In this document: positions 59,371 through 64,000 of the stretch, piece after piece
Layout: every line of letters starts with the position of its first letter
How positions within the stretch are numbered: position 1 is the first letter of the stretch
Assembly: GCA_965240465.1 (NCBI GenBank)
Contig: OZ251219.1
Location: forward strand, 1,152,001-1,216,000
Origin: a bacterium
GTDB taxonomy: Bacteria; SAR324; JACQKK01
Direction: 5' to 3'
Length of the DNA: 64,000 bases
Made by a program: the position numbers and the translations under genes
Notes under the pieces: generated by a model
The model's input: the letters and a program-made list of their open reading frames with translations, nothing else
What the model was told of the DNA's origin: nothing
The model's database searches: none

Positions 59371-61260
59371 CTACACTTCATCAACCTGCTCAGATCCATT
59401 AGCACCCGAGACATCAGTTTTTTTATAAGTTTCAATATTTGTTTTAGGCGGTAGTTTTTCCTTAGCTGCTGGTTTATTTTTTGTTTCACCAAATATTATT
59501 TTAATTTCTCTAATAATATTTTCTTTGCTTTTAGCCAACCCTTCAGGATCAGACATTAATGTTTCTATATCTGGATAAGATGCTAATTCTATAATAAAAC
59601 TATTAACGACACCTATATCAATATTTTTACTACAACCTTGAAGATTACTAAAATGAGGATCATTTTTTATTAGGTATGTAACCTCATCTTTATCAAATAT
59701 CTGTTCTATTTTTTTCCCATGTTTCAAATGATTAACTTGAACATTACATTCAGGATCCTTTGAGATATTATCACCAGAATCATTCCCTGCGTTGTCGTCA
59801 TCTAGCAAGCAATATACTTTTTCTTTAGGACAAAAAAATGAAGATATGAAAGATTCCATACTTGTAGTACCAGTCATGGGTATTATCCCAAAATCTTCTC
59901 CACTATCAACAGTGGATAAAGCATAATAATCTGTTATTCCCTCAACAACAACTATCTTATCTTTTGTAAAAGCCTCTTCAAGTAAAGAAGGTACAGAACC
60001 TAAAGCATCTCTTATTGGCTGAAAAGCCTCATCTTTCCCTTTTTTATGTTCTAGCGAGTGAGTTAATTTTATATTACTATCATCTTTTATGTCTCTATGA
60101 CATGTCATTGTTCTTGATAGAAATGCTTTTTGTAATAAATGTTGATAGTGAGTGGTATATACTACAAAATTTTTCTTTGCTAATTCTTTTAGAATCTTAC
60201 CTAAGGCTACTTGCGAAGAAGCATGTAAATAACAACCTGGTTCATCTAATAAATAAATAACACCATTCTTATTTTTCCTATAAGAGAAGGTTTTGATAAT
60301 GAGGTTAAAGAACCATAAAAAACCTCTACTTCTTTGATCAAGATCAAAATCACTACTTTTTTTATTAATAATCTCTTTTTTATTAACAGTCTTTTTTTCC
60401 TCAACAGTCTCTACAATTCCAATATTAATCTCACCATTTTCACGAGATAATTCAATTTCTAATTTACTTTTAGACGAAACATCCTCAATCTTTTGTAAGT
60501 GATCCCATTCTTCTCTTAATTCATTGTTAAAATTAGTAGCTATGGTACGTAGTTGTTTCTTACCTATATTCATAATATTACTACCAAAACTTTCAAGTAT
60601 TCTCTTAAATGTCTGGAATGAATAATCGTTATAACCTTTATTGTTCTCTTTAGGAATTCCTATAGGACTACTTATCTTATCTACATGATAATCGTAATAA
60701 ACCATACGAGGAAGTCTTCTGATAACACTTTTATAGAAATTTATATCAAGATCATTTTCACTGAATGATTTAAATTCACCTATTTTAAATTTATATTCAG
60801 GTTTTTTATCATTTCCAATAGTTCTTGTAATTTCAATGGTATTATTTTTAGGTATCGCTTCACGGAAATTATCTACTGCATCTGTCCAGCTACTATTAAA
60901 GCTACCAATATCATTATCAACATCTTCAAAAGTATATTCATGATCTTCATCATCTGGTACTTTATAGTTTAATCTTAAAAAAACATCCTTTAAATCTTCT
61001 TTTGTGCAAGAAATCTCTGCACATATGATTGCTTCCTCCCTCTCATCATAGTTATAGCGGTTAATAATATTTGTGAGGTGTTTATACCTTACATCATCAT
61101 CATCATTTCTATAATCAAAAGCCAACATAGCTTGCAGTATGGTCGTTTTACCGCATTCATTTATGCCGATGATGGGAACAGCACCATTTTCACCTAATTT
61201 AACTTCTAAATCTTCAGATATTGCTTTGTATTTTCTAATGATGAATTTTTTGTAATGCAT
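59371..61260 (-). CDS. OLD-family ATP-dependent nuclease (ABC-type ATPase + TOPRIM); AT-rich
   Basis: Walker A GINECGKT, signature RSRGFLWF, Walker B LLDEPGCYLH, TTH, TOPRIM VEGITD and DDDNAG. Confidence 0.88.
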   Translation of the reverse strand: MHYKKFIIRKYKAISEDLEVKLGENGAVPIIGINECGKTTILQAMLAFDYRNDDDDVRYKHLTNIINRYNYDEREEAIICAEISCTKEDLKDVFLRLNYKVPDDEDHEYTFEDVDNDIGSFNSSWTDAVDNFREAIPKNNTIEITRTIGNDKKPEYKFKIGEFKSFSENDLDINFYKSVIRRLPRMVYYDYHVDKISSPIGIPKENNKGYNDYSFQTFKRILESFGSNIMNIGKKQLRTIATNFNNELREEWDHLQKIEDVSSKSKLEIELSRENGEINIGIVETVEEKKTVNKKEIINKKSSDFDLDQRSRGFLWFFNLIIKTFSYRKNKNGVIYLLDEPGCYLHASSQVALGKILKELAKKNFVVYTTHYQHLLQKAFLSRTMTCHRDIKDDSNIKLTHSLEHKKGKDEAFQPIRDALGSVPSLLEEAFTKDKIVVVEGITDYYALSTVDSGEDFGIIPMTGTTSMESFISSFFCPKEKVYCLLDDDNAGNDSGDNISKDPECNVQVNHLKHGKKIEQIFDKDEVTYLIKNDPHFSNLQGCSKNIDIGVVNSFIIELASYPDIETLMSDPEGLAKSKENIIREIKIIFGETKNKPAAKEKLPPKTNIETYKKTDVSGANGSEQVDEV

Positions 61261-61339
61261 AGCTTAGACCTCTATTAATGAGCTGTTTTATGTAAGTATA
61301 GGACTAGATACTTTTATTGTAAAGCTATGCATTACTTAC

Positions 61340-63259
61340 TTATTTAGGTTCTTTCCAAGCCCCGTGCGTTTTAATTAGTTCTACTAGACGAGTTACAGCT
61401 TGCTCTGCGGGTACGCCTTTTTCCACGCATTGCTGCCCCTTATAGAGATTGATTTTCCCAGGGGCACCGCCTACATAACCGAAGTCGGCATCAGCCATTT
61501 CGCCTGGTCCGTTGACGATACATCCCATGATTCCTATTTTCAATCCTTTGAGATGTGCGGTTTTGGCTTTGATGCTGGCGGTGGTTAGTTGGAGGTCAAA
61601 GAGGGTTCTGCCGCAGGAGGGGCAAGAGATGTAATCGGTTTGGAAGGTTTTTAGTCTGGCGGCTTGCATGAGGGTTTGACAGAATACGGATTCGGGGCTT
61701 TGGGGATTATCGTTGGGACAGATGATTGCGTCCAAGTAGCCGTCAACGGCGAGGGCACCGACTTCCACTGCGGTTTGGATGGAGGTATCTTTGGGGGCGA
61801 GTTGAGGCAATCGGGCTGCGATGAGCCAATCTAGCCCGAGTTCTTGGAGGTAGAGGATGAGACGGCGAGCGGGTTGTAGGCAGTAGGGAGCATCCAGTAC
61901 GAGCATACCTCTGTGGGGTTGATGTTTTAGGTTTTCTAGTAGGTAGGGGAGGTTTTGCCAGTCATCGGGTGAGATGAGCAGACAGAGGGGGTAGTTGAGA
62001 GAGGCGAGTTCGGGTGCGAGGGAGAAGGGGTATAGTCGCGGTAGTGGTGGTTTGGCGAGGAGTGGGGAGGGAGATTGTAAGCTAGTGCAGTTTGCGATGT
62101 GTGCGTCAAAGACCTCTTGTTTGTGGAAGGAAGGGAGTGAGAAGTGGGTTGGCGAGGCGGATGTTTGTGAGGCGGATGTTTGTGAGGAGGATGTTTGTGA
62201 GGAGGATGTTTGTGCGAGCAATGCGACTGGGTTTTGGTAGCCGAGGGATAGTTTTCCTAGTTGTATGGAGCGAGTTTTTCGTCTTTGGAAGGTTGTTGGT
62301 GGGAGCCATGGTACATTTTTCCAGTGGGGTCCTTGTGAGACGCTGTGGACGGCTTGGATGATGGCATTAGCGACGGGGATTTCGTTTTCAGAGGGTTCGG
62401 TGAGTGATACTCGGATGGTGTCTCCGAGTCCATCGGCTAGGAGGGTTCCGATACCTAGTGCGGATTTACATCGTGCTTGGAGTCCGTCTCCGGCTTCTGT
62501 TACGCCGAGGTGTAGTGGGAAGTCCATATTTTTGGCGATCATATCTTTTGCGAGTAGTCGGTATGCGGCCACGGCGACCAAGGGATTGGAGGATTTCATT
62601 GAGACGATGACGGATTTGAAGTTATTTTTTTGGCAGATGAGGAGGTATTCCATAGCACATTGTACCATTCCCTTTGGAGTGTCTCCCCAGCGGTTGAGGA
62701 TGCGGTCAGAGAGCGAGCCGTGGTTGACTCCGATTCTCAAGGCGCGTTGGGATTGTTGTAGTTTTTCTAGGAGAGGTTGGAAGGTTATTTGGACGCGTTG
62801 GAGTTCTTCTTTATATTGGGAGTTGGTATATTCTCGCAGTTGGAAGCGTTTTTGGTCTACGAAGTTCCCTGGGTTGATACGTACTTTTTCCACCCATTGG
62901 GTGCAGTTTAGTGCTAGTGCGGGGTTGAAGTGAATATCGGCAGCTATGGGCATGGTTATGCCGTTCATTTTTTTGCGAATGAGGGGCAATGCTTTTAGGT
63001 CTCGCCTAGTGGGAATTGTAATTCGCACCAGTTGACAGCCCGCGGTTTGTAGCCGTTGCATTTCCGCGATGACTTGGGAGACATCGGTAGTGGGGCTGGT
63101 CAGCATGGATTGCACGCAGATAGGAGCGTTTCCTCCGATGACCAGATCTCCTACCTTAACCTCTCTGGATGCCCGACGACATACCGCCAAAGAACGCATA
63201 AATAATCCTAAGTGTGTCAAGTTTGTGTTGAAGAGTACTAGTTTATCTTGTAATGCCAT
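61340..63259 (-). CDS. ispG: HMBPP synthase IspG, long three-domain type (start may be ATG 63199)
   Basis: VQSM, ADIHFNP, RINPGN, RIGVNHGSL, PLHLGVTEAG, GDTIRVSL, SCPSCGR, MGCIVNGPGE. Confidence 0.97.
   Translation of the reverse strand: MALQDKLVLFNTNLTHLGLFMRSLAVCRRASREVKVGDLVIGGNAPICVQSMLTSPTTDVSQVIAEMQRLQTAGCQLVRITIPTRRDLKALPLIRKKMNGITMPIAADIHFNPALALNCTQWVEKVRINPGNFVDQKRFQLREYTNSQYKEELQRVQITFQPLLEKLQQSQRALRIGVNHGSLSDRILNRWGDTPKGMVQCAMEYLLICQKNNFKSVIVSMKSSNPLVAVAAYRLLAKDMIAKNMDFPLHLGVTEAGDGLQARCKSALGIGTLLADGLGDTIRVSLTEPSENEIPVANAIIQAVHSVSQGPHWKNVPWLPPTTFQRRKTRSIQLGKLSLGYQNPVALLAQTSSSQTSSSQTSASQTSASPTHFSLPSFHKQEVFDAHIANCTSLQSPSPLLAKPPLPRLYPFSLAPELASLNYPLCLLISPDDWQNLPYLLENLKHQPHRGMLVLDAPYCLQPARRLILYLQELGLDWLIAARLPQLAPKDTSIQTAVEVGALAVDGYLDAIICPNDNPQSPESVFCQTLMQAARLKTFQTDYISCPSCGRTLFDLQLTTASIKAKTAHLKGLKIGIMGCIVNGPGEMADADFGYVGGAPGKINLYKGQQCVEKGVPAEQAVTRLVELIKTHGAWKEPK
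62154..62215. repeat. 15-bp in-frame repeat (QTSSS/QTSAS) in ispG
   Basis: GAGG(C/A)GGATGTTTGT x4. Confidence 0.88.
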
Positions 63260-63295
63260 TTTATAGCTAGCAGATGCAAGTTTATGGTTCAGCGG

Positions 63296-63343
63296 TTTTG
63301 CGAATCTTTTGGCGAATCTTTTTGCGAATCTTTTTGCAGATCT
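63296..63343. repeat. 12-bp tandem repeat x4
   Basis: TTTTGCGAATCT variants. Confidence 0.8.
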
Positions 63344-63440
63344 TTTTGTGATGTTTCAGCTGGTTTAGTATTAGATTTAGGACTACATATTGCATTACAA
63401 ACGAGCGTTAACTGCCTTTAATAGTAGAGAGTTTGAGGTT

Positions 63441-64000
63441 ATGAATACTAAACGAGTAGCGATAATTTTGGGAAGTTGGTATTGTTTGGGGTTGCTGCTG
63501 GGAGTAGGAAATGCGGCCGCGAAAACGGATAAAGCAGCCTATCGGATGATGCAGATAGTCTATGCAGAGGAGAAGAAGCATAGAACTCGGGACGTGGTGA
63601 TGGAAATGGTGGTTCGGGATGTAAAGAAGCGTGAGCGTCGCTATTATTTTCGTAGTCGCAAGTTGCAGGAGTTGCCTACTTTGAGCAAGACCATGGTTCG
63701 TTTTTTTCGTCCTACCAGCATCAGTGGCACTTCTCTTTTGAGTTGGAGGAATGATAGGAAAAACAAGATCAGTCAGTGGCTTTATCTACCTGTGAGCAAG
63801 AGTGTTCGGCAGCTAAGTTCTCGGGATGGCAATGGTAGCTTTATCGGCTCCGAGTTCAGCTATGCCGATATGGCAGGACGCCAGCTAGATCAGGATAAAC
63901 ACACCGCTTTACAAAGAACGGGCAAGCTTTTTTTTATTCAGAGCGTTCCCAAAAGCAAGGCCGATGCCTACTCCAAGATTGTTCATGTGATAGATATTCA
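63441..64000 (+). CDS. Outer-membrane lipoprotein-sorting protein (LolA-like), truncated by window end
   Basis: Manual translation: signal peptide, MVRFFRP...GTSLL, QWLYLPVSKSVRQL, SFIGSEFSYADM; SD GAGGT. Confidence 0.85.
   Translation, partial: MNTKRVAIILGSWYCLGLLLGVGNAAAKTDKAAYRMMQIVYAEEKKHRTRDVVMEMVVRDVKKRERRYYFRSRKLQELPTLSKTMVRFFRPTSISGTSLLSWRNDRKNKISQWLYLPVSKSVRQLSSRDGNGSFIGSEFSYADMAGRQLDQDKHTALQRTGKLFFIQSVPKSKADAYSKIVHVIDI

Noticed and set aside
58611-59492. Short minus-strand ORFs 58611-58826 and 59256-59492
   Set aside because: No recognisable motifs; they overlap the promoter, the structured RNA or the OLD gene
56208-61260. Gabija system (OLD nuclease plus UvrD helicase)
   Set aside because: Genes are convergent and differ in composition, and the helicase has HelD-type motifs and length rather than GajB
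58686-61260. Retron (ncRNA plus ATPase-TOPRIM effector)
   Set aside because: No reverse transcriptase nearby; the RNA is on the opposite strand and much longer than typical msr-msd

Overview
Bacterial chromosomal window, mostly housekeeping genes in scrambled order: recN (partial), galU, purA, family-4 UDG, divergent prs, purE, purD, pduO, lgt, zapA, rsmG, orphan atpC, PBP1A, asd, carA, moaC, rnr, topA, recJ, msrA, murF-ftsW-murG, dsbD, eno, gloA, ald, ftsB, tRNA-Ala(CGC), a HelD-like helicase and ispG. Gene style suggests a deltaproteobacteria-like/SAR324-type organism, possibly host-associated (inference only). Standout observations: (1) an ORF-free ~670-nt region (58686-59360) behind a near-consensus sigma70 promoter that folds into a large nested multi-helix RNA and lacks tmRNA/RNase P hallmarks, next to an AT-rich OLD-family ATPase-TOPRIM nuclease gene; (2) an AT-rich two-gene cassette encoding a membrane protein ending in an SSB-type DDDIPF tail plus an ImmA/IrrE metallopeptidase; (3) about 25 unrelated minisatellites, many seeded on start or stop codons, including a 44 x 13-bp array with higher-order structure; (4) kb-scale flips of G/T versus C/A strand bias, often bounded by G/C tracts; (5) three paralogous small beta-barrel genes beside a GLUG lipoprotein, and a FabX-like enzyme. 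All calls come from motif recognition and manual pairing; no searches were run.
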